Assembly (NCBI GenBank): GCA_040382575.1 | Contig: JBEIFE010000002.1 | Location: forward strand, 1-32,230 | Source: Candidatus Sericytochromatia bacterium | Lineage (GTDB): Bacteria; Cyanobacteriota; Sericytochromatia; S15B-MN24; UBA4093 | Reading direction: 5' to 3' | DNA: 32,230 nucleotides | In this document: positions 8,009-15,212 of the stretch, piece by piece | How the letters are laid out: every line of letters begins with the position of its first letter | Numbering within the stretch: position 1 is the first letter of the stretch | Notes under the pieces: model-generated | Databases searched by the model: none | What the model was told of the DNA's origin: nothing | Seen by the model: the letters and a program-made list of their open reading frames with translations, nothing else | Program-made: the position numbers and the translations under genes

Positions 8009-8482
8009 ATGCAGGCCTCGACGATCTCGATGCATACATGCGGGCGCCCCCTCGCCATCGACCTGCTCGAACGGATCAGCGACCTCGGATTGAGTACGGC
8101 CCTGCTGGCCGACCTCGGTCCTGCGCTCGTCCGCGAACTCACGGAATGGTTCCGGCGTTCCGATCCCGAGATGGACACCTCGGTCCTGCTGGAGGATCCC
8201 TCCTTGCTCGAGGAGGGGGATGCACGCCTGGTCCTGAGGCACTGGTTCCGGTCCGTGCTCGGGGTCTCCTGGCGTTCCGCGCAGCGTCAGGTCTGGCTTG
8301 CGCGCTGGGAGTCCCTGGATGCCTGGCGTCGCTGGTTGCTGGTTGCCGTGCGGGCCGTACTTGAAGATCTGGCCGCTCCCGGACCCGATGATCGGATGCA
8401 CCTCGAGGATCTGCTGCAACGGGATTCCCTGGAGGTCTCTCGCCATGACCTCGAGATCGTGCTCGCGTGGGGACGGCCCTGA
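8009..8482 (+). CDS. Hypothetical protein (157 aa), Trp/Leu-rich and helical
   Basis: Internal ATG at 8009 of ORF 7877..8482, preceded by AGGAGGAG at 7996-8003. The frame is coding-like. I recognise no family. Confidence 0.5.
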   Translation: MQASTISMHTCGRPLAIDLLERISDLGLSTALLADLGPALVRELTEWFRRSDPEMDTSVLLEDPSLLEEGDARLVLRHWFRSVLGVSWRSAQRQVWLARWESLDAWRRWLLVAVRAVLEDLAAPGPDDRMHLEDLLQRDSLEVSRHDLEIVLAWGRP

Positions 8483-8486
8483 GGCC

Positions 8487-9293
8487 TCAACCCACCAGGC
8501 GGGCCATGATGAAAAGCACCAGACCGGCCAGTCCACCCACCAGGGCTCCGTTGAGGCGGATGAACTGGAGGTCGTCACCGACCCGATTCTCGACGAAGGT
8601 CACGAGGTCTGCGTCCGGCATGGCCTGAATCCGGGCCTGGATGGCTTCCACCAGGCGCTGGTGCAGCCCGCGTTCGAAGGCCGAATGGACCATGCGCGTG
8701 ATCTGCTCCCGCAGCACGGCGTCCGTGCTGTCACGCGTCAGAACCTCTCCCAGTCTGTCCTGGATCCCGGCCACGACCTGTTCGACGAGGGCATTGACCG
8801 TCTCGCCTCCCATGGCACCTTGCAGGAACATCCCGACCATCGGGCTGGCCTGACTCAGACGATTCAGGGCCTGCTCGAGGCCCGCATGAACGGCCTGCTG
8901 GACCTTTTCCGCCGTGTCGGGCGCCTTCACCACGTGGGCGAAGGCGCCGCCGAGCGCCCCTGGATCCACCAGCGTCAAGATCGCTTCGGGCGTCAGGAAT
9001 CCCGTCACGGTCGAGGCCAGGTTGGCCTCGAGGGCTGTCCGGTTGCGGATCAGGAGATTGGTATGGGGCACGGGCAGGCCCAGGGGATGCCGGAAGAGGG
9101 CCGTCACGGCGAACCAGTCTGCGAGGGCTCCCACCGTACCCGCCTCGAAGAAGGCACGCAGCCCCCCGTAAGGGAGACTTTGCAGGGTGAGTTCCGGTAA
9201 CCATCCGGTAGCCGGCAGAACCCCTTGCAGGAGGACGTAGCCGCTCGCGACGGCGAGCAGGGACAGGTTACCGATCTGGGATCTCTTGAACAC
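8487..9293 (-). CDS. DUF445-like membrane protein
   Basis: ADWFAVTALFRHPLGLPVPHTNLLIRNR resembles the DUF445 (YjiN/YheB-type) signature. It has hydrophobic N- and C-terminal segments. Confidence 0.6.
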   Translation of the reverse strand: MFKRSQIGNLSLLAVASGYVLLQGVLPATGWLPELTLQSLPYGGLRAFFEAGTVGALADWFAVTALFRHPLGLPVPHTNLLIRNRTALEANLASTVTGFLTPEAILTLVDPGALGGAFAHVVKAPDTAEKVQQAVHAGLEQALNRLSQASPMVGMFLQGAMGGETVNALVEQVVAGIQDRLGEVLTRDSTDAVLREQITRMVHSAFERGLHQRLVEAIQARIQAMPDADLVTFVENRVGDDLQFIRLNGALVGGLAGLVLFIMARLVG

Positions 9294-9417
9294 GTATCAG
9301 GCCTTCCCGTATGGCATCGAAACACGCTATCAAAAACAATTTAAAACATATTTCAAGCGAGGTCTAAGCCCTTTCGTCGATGACTGATCTGGAGAGTCAG
9401 AGAGAGGGGAGACGACC

Positions 9418-9567
9418 ATGGAAGCTTTCGGATTGACAGGGTTTCGTCCGCTCGTCGATGCCTGGACAAGCAACCGGTTTCCAGCCATGCCATCCGATTA
9501 CGGGCAGCCCGGGGCCACGCGTCTTGCCCTGAATCCCTCGCGTGACGTGCAGGAGTCGGTCAGATGA
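9418..9567 (+). CDS. Small hypothetical ORF (49 aa), absent from the ORF track and translationally coupled to the next gene
   Basis: My own translation gives MEAFGLTGFRPLVDAWTSNRFPAMPSDYGQPGATRLALNPSRDVQESVR. There is a GGGGAG RBS at 9406-9411, and the stop TGA at 9565-9567 overlaps the ATG at 9564 of the downstream ORF (ATGA). Confidence 0.4.
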   Translation: MEAFGLTGFRPLVDAWTSNRFPAMPSDYGQPGATRLALNPSRDVQESVR

Positions 9568-10274
9568 ACGAACTTGCTCTGGCGAACAGGCAACCTTCCC
9601 CCGATGCGCGATCCAGACGCGGCGTGGTGCCCCAGGATCCGCCCGCACGGGTCGACTCGGCCTCTCGAGTACCGGACCGCATGCCGGTTCAGCGCCGGCC
9701 AGGCCAGGATACCTTGCTCCGGACCGACCTGTCGTCGCGTCTCACCGACCTGGCGAGGCCGACCGAGAGCCATGAGCCCCGGGACCCCCTTCGTGACCTT
9801 CTCGCACAGCAAGTCCAGCAGCTGACGATCCTGGCCAGATTGAATGGTAACCGGGGGGCACTCCGGCAGCTCGAGCAGATCGCCCGGGCGATCGATGGCG
9901 CCACGACACCCGCACAGATCGATGCCATGATCCGGGACATCGGCCCCATCCAGACTCAACTCATCAGCCAGAGCCAGGAAGCGATGGCCGAGATGAGCGC
10001 GGCGGCCATCAAGGCGGCCGCGCGGAAGCAAATCGATCTCGAGATCGAGAACGCACGGCGAAATCTCGCCCTGGTCCTCGATCATCTCGATGCGCGTTCC
10101 GTCGAGATGGCGGGGCTTCTGGTTCAACTGAGGGCCCAGGGGGACCGCTCGGCACTCGAGCATCTTACCCGTCTCGGGATCACGCGAGATCCGGATGTCG
10201 CCGAGCCAGGCGTGAATATGGGAGCAAGTTCGGTCCCGCTCAGCAGCGGACAGCGTTTCCTGTCACTCGGATAG
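9564..10274 (+). CDS. Hypothetical protein (236 aa): disordered Arg/Pro-rich N-terminus, then a helical, coiled-coil-like region
   Basis: Clean coding-like frame with high GC3. The competing minus ORF 9498..10163 has a junk-like R/G/P/C-rich composition. I recognise no family. Confidence 0.55.
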   Translation: MNELALANRQPSPDARSRRGVVPQDPPARVDSASRVPDRMPVQRRPGQDTLLRTDLSSRLTDLARPTESHEPRDPLRDLLAQQVQQLTILARLNGNRGALRQLEQIARAIDGATTPAQIDAMIRDIGPIQTQLISQSQEAMAEMSAAAIKAAARKQIDLEIENARRNLALVLDHLDARSVEMAGLLVQLRAQGDRSALEHLTRLGITRDPDVAEPGVNMGASSVPLSSGQRFLSLG

Positions 10275-12311
10275 CCACAGCCGTCGCACGCGCCCCGTCT
10301 GGACCTCGGTGAAGACGGGGCGTCCCTGAGCATCCAGCGCCAGTCCCCCGATATCACCGATGGCTGCTTTCCGGATGAGCCCATCCTGGGAATCGTCTCC
10401 CGTACCGGCCAGCGTCGAGATGATCCCGGTCGCCAGATCGATGGCCCGGATGCGCGGAGATTGCCAGGACCCCACCAGGACCCGGTTCCGGGTCGCATCG
10501 TACGTGATGGCCGTGGGGTAGGGCACTCCCGCAGCCGAGGCCTGTCCCCCGTCTCCCGAGACCGTCGAGCGTCCCGTGCCGGCCAGCACGTGGAGCCGAC
10601 CATCGGCCTGTTCGAGCCGCAGCACGCGGTTACCGAAGGTCTCCGTCACGATCAGCTGACCCTGGCCATCGAAGCAGATGCCGTAGGGCCCGGCGATCGC
10701 CGTCTCCCGGGGCGGCTTGAGTGCATACATGTACGCCATCCCGATGGGGACGACGTTCTGATTGCCGTACAATCCGGCCACCTTGTCGATCACGTAGGTG
10801 TCGGGGCTGGCTTCCTGGGTCCAGGTCAGCTGTCGGACCACGTGGTGCTGGATGTCGGCGATGTAGACCTTGCCATCGGGTCCGAGGGTCATGCCGATCG
10901 GGCTGCGGATGGTGGGCTTCGGCGACCCGGATCGGACGTTGCCCTCGCTGACGGTACCCCCCGGATGCGGCTCCACCAGTGGTCTCATGGTGCCCGACGG
11001 ATCGACGTGCAGGACGCGCGAGTTGCCCAGGACCCCCACGAGGAGGCTGCCCCCGGGTAGCGGGAGCACGCTCCGCGGATCGTAGAGGATGGTTCCCGCA
11101 GCAGCCCCACCGAACCCGCTGTAGTCAATGCTCTCCCCTGCCAGAACACGCGCCGTGATGGTCTCGGGTGTTCCGTTGCCGGCCAGAGACGAGGTCGTGC
11201 CATCAGGGGCGATCCGGCGGATGCGGTTGTTGCCCGTGTCGGCCACGATCCAGCTGCCATCCGAGGTCCGGACGAGTCCCGAAGGGTTCGCGAAGCGGGC
11301 CTCCGTCGCCGGGCTGCCATCTCCCCGGAAACCCGGGATGCTACCCGCGATCGTCTCGATGACCGAGAGTTTCTCGCCCAGGAGCGTCTCCCACCGTGCT
11401 CTCAGGACCGGCAATCGCGAGGCGAAGCCGACCAGGTAAGCCCGGTTCATGTCGGGAATACGACCCACGCGCAGGTCGGGAACCGTGAGAGACCCGCTCG
11501 CGAGACCTTCCTGGGTGAGCCGGGTGAGGTCGGGTAGGGCCTGGAGGTCGGGGTCGAGATCGCCGAGGGATGCCGTGGCGCTGCGCTCGAGGGCGCGCTC
11601 GCGCAGGAACTCGGTCACGAGCGTGCTGGCCAGATCCAGTCGCAAGATGGCTTCTTGCTTCTCACGGGGGACCTGGAAGCCCACCAGCCGGCGGTTCCCC
11701 GAGAGCACGGCGTTCACGACGACCGACGCGCTGGCCGGGGCCTTCGCGAACTTGAACACTCCGGAGTCGTCCGTGGTGGTGGACAGGATCTGGCCCGTAT
11801 CGGGATCGAGGAAGGGACGTTCCCGGGTGTCCGAGAGGTAGACCAGGGCGCGCTGGAGCGGAACCTCGGTTAGCGAGGCGATCCGGAACAACCCGGCCCC
11901 GTTGGCGATGAGGCCTGCCGAGTTATTGGCCACGAGGTTCGAGGCTACCCAGGCCTGGCCGCTCAGGCTCGCGGCTTGGTTCGAGACGAGGCCGCCAGCG
12001 TTATTGGCCACGAGCTGGTTCAGGTCGACGAGTGGGTTGTCGCGGCGATCGATGAGCGGGTTGTCACGGCGGTCGACGAGGGCAGGGTCCTGGGCCGCGG
12101 GGATGAGGGCCGCAGCCCCCGGGCCGGAAGCGGCAGGTTTCTCGAAGGCCGACGAGGGAAACAGCAGGCTCGAGGACTCTCGATTTACCGGAAAGCTCGA
12201 CAGGTTCGGGTTCTGGCAAGCGGCCAGGGTCGCGGCGGAAACGGACAGAATCCACCGGCGGCGTCGGGATCGCGATACTCGAGCTTGACGCGGAATATCC
12301 ATGACCGTCAT
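10263..12311 (-). CDS. NHL-repeat beta-propeller lipoprotein with an N-terminal repeat region and a carboxypeptidase-regulatory-like beta-sandwich
   Basis: Lipobox RRRRWILSVSAATLAAC. The segment ALVYLSDTRERPFLDPDTGQILSTTTDDSGVFKF is CarboxypepD_reg-like. There are multiple NHL-type blades, for example FANPSGLVRTSDGSWIVADTGNNRIRRIAPDG and PYGICFDGQGQLIVTETFGNRVLRL. Confidence 0.8.
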   Translation of the reverse strand: MTVMDIPRQARVSRSRRRRWILSVSAATLAACQNPNLSSFPVNRESSSLLFPSSAFEKPAASGPGAAALIPAAQDPALVDRRDNPLIDRRDNPLVDLNQLVANNAGGLVSNQAASLSGQAWVASNLVANNSAGLIANGAGLFRIASLTEVPLQRALVYLSDTRERPFLDPDTGQILSTTTDDSGVFKFAKAPASASVVVNAVLSGNRRLVGFQVPREKQEAILRLDLASTLVTEFLRERALERSATASLGDLDPDLQALPDLTRLTQEGLASGSLTVPDLRVGRIPDMNRAYLVGFASRLPVLRARWETLLGEKLSVIETIAGSIPGFRGDGSPATEARFANPSGLVRTSDGSWIVADTGNNRIRRIAPDGTTSSLAGNGTPETITARVLAGESIDYSGFGGAAAGTILYDPRSVLPLPGGSLLVGVLGNSRVLHVDPSGTMRPLVEPHPGGTVSEGNVRSGSPKPTIRSPIGMTLGPDGKVYIADIQHHVVRQLTWTQEASPDTYVIDKVAGLYGNQNVVPIGMAYMYALKPPRETAIAGPYGICFDGQGQLIVTETFGNRVLRLEQADGRLHVLAGTGRSTVSGDGGQASAAGVPYPTAITYDATRNRVLVGSWQSPRIRAIDLATGIISTLAGTGDDSQDGLIRKAAIGDIGGLALDAQGRPVFTEVQTGRVRRLWLSE

Positions 12312-12379
12312 ATACCCATCGATGGTGGTCGCTCAACCGCTCGCGGGGCCTGGCCCGAGCTTCCCGGAAGGAGATATCC

Positions 12380-12748
12380 GTGGATCAACAATGGCCTTTC
12401 GCGAACGCTTCCGCGCCGACGGGGGACGAACTTTACGAACTGCTGCTGCGATGGCCCGGGGGGCGTCTCGAACGGATCGTCTCGCTCGGACACCGATCTC
12501 CCGAGGGATTCTGGTACGACCAGGACGAGCACGAGTGGGTGCAGGTCGTCACGGGAAGGGCCCGTCTGGAGATCGAGGGCCAGGCGCCTCTGGATCTCGG
12601 TCCGGGCGATCGAGTCTGGTTGCCGGCCCACACCCGACACCGGGTGCTCTGGACCGAGCCGGGCGTCGAGACCGTCTGGACGGCCCTGTTTCTCGATCCG
12701 GCGTCCGGACGTGTGGACGTCGGGGGGATCCACGCCGCTTCAGGTTGA
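12380..12748 (+). CDS. Cupin-domain protein (122 aa)
   Basis: GTG start with GGAG upstream. EHEWVQVVTGRARLEIEGQAPLDLGPGDRVWLPAHTRHRV fits the two-motif cupin barrel pattern. Confidence 0.7.
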   Translation: MDQQWPFANASAPTGDELYELLLRWPGGRLERIVSLGHRSPEGFWYDQDEHEWVQVVTGRARLEIEGQAPLDLGPGDRVWLPAHTRHRVLWTEPGVETVWTALFLDPASGRVDVGGIHAASG

Positions 12749-13000
12749 GCGATCGTGCCAGTCGCGCAGGGGACGGGGGTTGATGGGGGGCGTTGCATGT
12801 TGGCTGACCTGCAACGCTGCCAGGCGGAGCTTCTCGATGGGATTCAACGTGGGTCCGCGCACATCCTGACAAGGCGGGACGGTCAGGGGGGAGGGCGGCA
12901 TCGACGCGGACGCGCTGGTGGTATCGTCCCGGGAAGGCGGGACCGGTGAACCGGGGACCTGCCAGATGGGCGTTCCCGAGACCTTGGCGTGGATGGGCAT
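12740..13000 (-). CDS. Hypothetical proline-rich protein (86 aa); weak call
   Basis: ATG at 13000 with a GGGAG RBS 8 nt upstream (plus-strand ctccc at 13009-13013). I recognise no family, and the composition is partly low-complexity. Confidence 0.3.
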   Translation of the reverse strand: MPIHAKVSGTPIWQVPGSPVPPSRDDTTSASASMPPSPLTVPPCQDVRGPTLNPIEKLRLAALQVSQHATPPINPRPLRDWHDRST

Positions 13001-13031
13001 CACGTGACTCCCGGCAGACGATACCAGCCTA

Positions 13032-13045
13032 GCGAGCGCGCTCGC
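13032..13045. promoter_or_regulatory. Perfect 14-bp palindrome GCGAGCGCGCTCGC next to a possible minus-strand extended -10 (TGGTATCGT at 13018-13026)
   Basis: Read directly from the sequence. It sits where a -35 or operator would lie for the 13000..12740 ORF. Confidence 0.3.
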
Positions 13046-13232
13046 CACTCATCCCTGACATGCCCCCATCGCCGGGAATCCTGTCTCGATTCACCGGAAA
13101 TTTAATGGACACCACACACCGGGATGATGCACGAGCCCGCGACTCCAGCCTGATGAGACGATCCCTTGACAAGCAGGTACGACCGTGTCGCCATATGGTC
13201 GGTCAAGGCCCGTCATCGATCAAGAGGTTGAT

Positions 13233-13382
13233 GTGCTCGTATTCCGTGTTGCCGGGCGGTTCGGGGTAGCCGGGCTCGTCCTGGCGATCGCCACCACCAC
13301 GGCCTGCGCGCCGCGCTACGTGCGCGAAGCAGAGGAAAATTCTCCTCGTGCCTTTCCGTTCTGGGGAAAACCTTCATCTTGA
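13233..13382 (+). CDS. Possible small lipoprotein (49 aa); weak call
   Basis: GTG at 13233 with AGAGG 5 nt upstream. The signal-like sequence is (M)LVFRVAGRFGVAGLVLAIATTTAC, with Cys in a lipobox-like context. The track ORF starts at 13185. Confidence 0.3.
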   Translation: MLVFRVAGRFGVAGLVLAIATTTACAPRYVREAEENSPRAFPFWGKPSS

Positions 13383-13588
13383 TGCTCACGTCTCTTCCGG
13401 CGGCAGCGGATGATCCGGCTCGGCCCAGGGCATATTTTCGATGGGTGGATGGGGCCAGTGGCTTCATCGAGTATGCGGTGGTTTTGCAGGCGGAACCATT
13501 AGCTGTTCCTGTCTCTGTTCCGACCACCACACCATCCGACCCCCGTCGTTAAGGCTCAAGCGGAATCCGTCCGTTCCGTCACCCCGTG

Positions 13589-13625
13589 AAAAAGTCCCCC
13601 GGATCCAGGCGCGATCCGGGGGACT
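13589..13625 (-). terminator. Intrinsic terminator downstream of S8 protease gene A
   Basis: Minus-strand hairpin AGTCCCCCGGATC-loop-GATCCGGGGGACT (13594-13625) followed by TTTTT (plus-strand A-run at 13589-13593). It lies 17 nt after the stop at 13642. Confidence 0.8.
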
Positions 13626-13641
13626 CGGGTCATCAGGACAT

Positions 13642-14868
13642 TCAGCGCGACAGCGCCGCGTAGGCGTCGATGCGCCCGTGGCCATAGTAGACGTCGTGCC
13701 CCGGGTCACCCAGGTCCCTCGCCGTCTCCTCGAGGAGCTTTTTCACCGCCGCCGGGGCCATGTCCGGGTGCTTCGACCGCACCAGGCCGCAGAGGCCAGA
13801 AACGAGCGGAGCGGCCATCGAGGTACCCGTCATGAACCCGTAGCCCGGCGTGTTGACCAGCCGCACGGTGTAGGTCGGGAAGGTCGAGAGGATGTCCTTC
13901 CCGGGTGCCGAGACGCTCATCCACGACCCGTAGTTCGAGAAGCTCGAGCGCTGGTCCTGGGCATCCGTCGAGCCGACGGCAATCACGCCGGGGTAGGCGG
14001 CCGGGAAGCGCGGCTTCTCCTGGCGGTCGTTGCCCATGGTGGAGACCAGCACCACGTGCTTCGAGAGGGCATATTCGACTGCACGCTTGAGCGTGTCGCT
14101 CTCCTCGTAGAACCCGAGGCTCATGTTGGCGACGTCCGCCCCGTGATCGGCGGCCCAGATGAGCCCCTGGGCCACCGAGGCCACCGTCCCCGGGGTGTTG
14201 CCCGTGACGCGAACGGGCATCAGGCGGCAGTTGCTCGCGATGCCGGCGATGCCCTCGCGGTTGTTCGTGGCGGCCACCGCGATGCCCGCGACGTGTGTGC
14301 CATGGCCCCGGTCATCGCGGGGAGGCGAACCCGCCTCGATCGTGTTCGTGCCTGCGACCAGCTTGGACTTCAGGTCGGGGTGCCCGAGGTCGATGCCCGT
14401 GTCGATGATCGCGACGACGACCTGGTCGCTACCTCGGGTGATCTCCCATGCTTTTCCTGCCTGGACCCGGTCGAGGTGGTACTGCTCGCCGCGGCGCGGG
14501 TCGTTGACCGAGACGTCGTCGAGCATGAGGGCTCGATCGAACTCGACGTGGGCGACGGCCGGATCCTGCGAGAGGCGGGCGACCGTTTCCTCGGGACTGC
14601 CCGAGACCGTGACGGCAGCCGTGTTCAGGGCCGGGAGGGTGCGGGCGATCCGCACCCCGTTGCGGGCGGAGAAGGTGCGCGTGTCCAGCGTGCCCGGACC
14701 GTCCTGGAACCGCACCAGCACGTGCGTACGGCTGACGCCGTCGGCACGGAAGCTTGCCGGATCGAGGCTGGAGGTGGCCTGACCGGGCAGACTTCCCTGC
14801 CCCGCGAGGCCGCAGCCTGCGAGCAGCGAGAGGCCCAGGGGAAGTGCGAGAATTCGGGTGAATCGCAT
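13642..14868 (-). CDS. Subtilisin-like serine protease (peptidase S8) lipoprotein with an N-terminal I9-like propeptide, copy A
   Basis: Lipobox LSLLAGC. The catalytic triad motifs are VAIIDTGID, HGTHVAG and GTSMAAP. Confidence 0.9.
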   Translation of the reverse strand: MRFTRILALPLGLSLLAGCGLAGQGSLPGQATSSLDPASFRADGVSRTHVLVRFQDGPGTLDTRTFSARNGVRIARTLPALNTAAVTVSGSPEETVARLSQDPAVAHVEFDRALMLDDVSVNDPRRGEQYHLDRVQAGKAWEITRGSDQVVVAIIDTGIDLGHPDLKSKLVAGTNTIEAGSPPRDDRGHGTHVAGIAVAATNNREGIAGIASNCRLMPVRVTGNTPGTVASVAQGLIWAADHGADVANMSLGFYEESDTLKRAVEYALSKHVVLVSTMGNDRQEKPRFPAAYPGVIAVGSTDAQDQRSSFSNYGSWMSVSAPGKDILSTFPTYTVRLVNTPGYGFMTGTSMAAPLVSGLCGLVRSKHPDMAPAAVKKLLEETARDLGDPGHDVYYGHGRIDAYAALSR

Positions 14869-14879
14869 CGTCTGGCCTC

Positions 14880-15026
14880 CTATTTCGACAGGGTCGCGAA
14901 GGCGTCGATGCGGCCGTTGCCGAACACCTTGTCCGCGCCGCGGTCGCCGAGGTCGACGGCGGTCGACTCGATGAGACGTTTCACGTCAGCCGGCGCCAAG
15001 CCCGGGTGCTTCGAGCGCACCAGACG
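14880..15026 (-). pseudogene. 3' remnant (last ~48 codons) of a third S8 protease paralog
   Basis: LVRSKHPGLAPADVKRLIESTAVDLGDRGADKVFGNGRIDAFATLSK aligns with the C-termini of copy A and, more closely, copy B (roughly three-quarters nucleotide identity by eye). No catalytic domain lies upstream; homology ends abruptly at about 15026, next to an AT-rich promoter-like island. Confidence 0.7.
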
Positions 15027-15043
15027 GTAGGGGGTGTGGGTCA

Positions 15044-15052
15044 TATATAACA
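15044..15052 (-). promoter_or_regulatory. Putative extended -10 (TGTTATATA) abutting the S8 remnant; likely promoter for copy A
   Basis: Plus-strand tatataaca at 15044-15052 is TGTTATATA on the minus strand, within the AT-rich island at 15040-15110. It is similar to the element upstream of copy B. Confidence 0.4.
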
Positions 15053-15164
15053 CAGTTTTAACCAAATATAACCTTCTGTTAACCATGTAATCTGGAACGG
15101 CCCGTCACGAGACGATTTCGGCCTGAAAAATTGCGCAAACCTGCATCCGTGGCGTTCTTGCACG

Positions 15165-15194
15165 AAAAAAGCCCCCCGGATCAATCCGGGGGGC
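15165..15194 (-). terminator. Intrinsic terminator downstream of S8 protease gene B
   Basis: Minus-strand hairpin GCCCCCCGGAT-TTG-ATCCGGGGGGC (15171-15194) followed by TTTTTT (plus-strand A-run at 15165-15170). It lies 19 nt after the stop at 15213. Confidence 0.85.
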
Positions 15195-15212
15195 TCGTGT
15201 GAGGTATCAGGT

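Noticed and set aside
9498-10163. Minus-strand ORF of 221 aa as an alternative to the 9564..10274 plus-strand gene.
   Set aside because: Its Arg/Gly/Cys/Pro-rich composition has no structure-like pattern. The plus-strand frame has coherent helical sequence, coupling to an upstream small ORF, and an RBS.
13150-13215. A CTGATGAG string next to hairpins, reminiscent of a hammerhead ribozyme core.
   Set aside because: The required GAAA element and the three-stem junction geometry are not present: after the candidate stem II the sequence is CGTCATCGAT.
14880-15086. The 68-aa ORF as a genuine small gene.
   Set aside because: Only its last ~48 residues are meaningful, and they are simply the C-terminus of an S8 protease. 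The first 20 codons run through an AT-rich promoter-like island and there is no RBS. I treated it as a pseudogene remnant.
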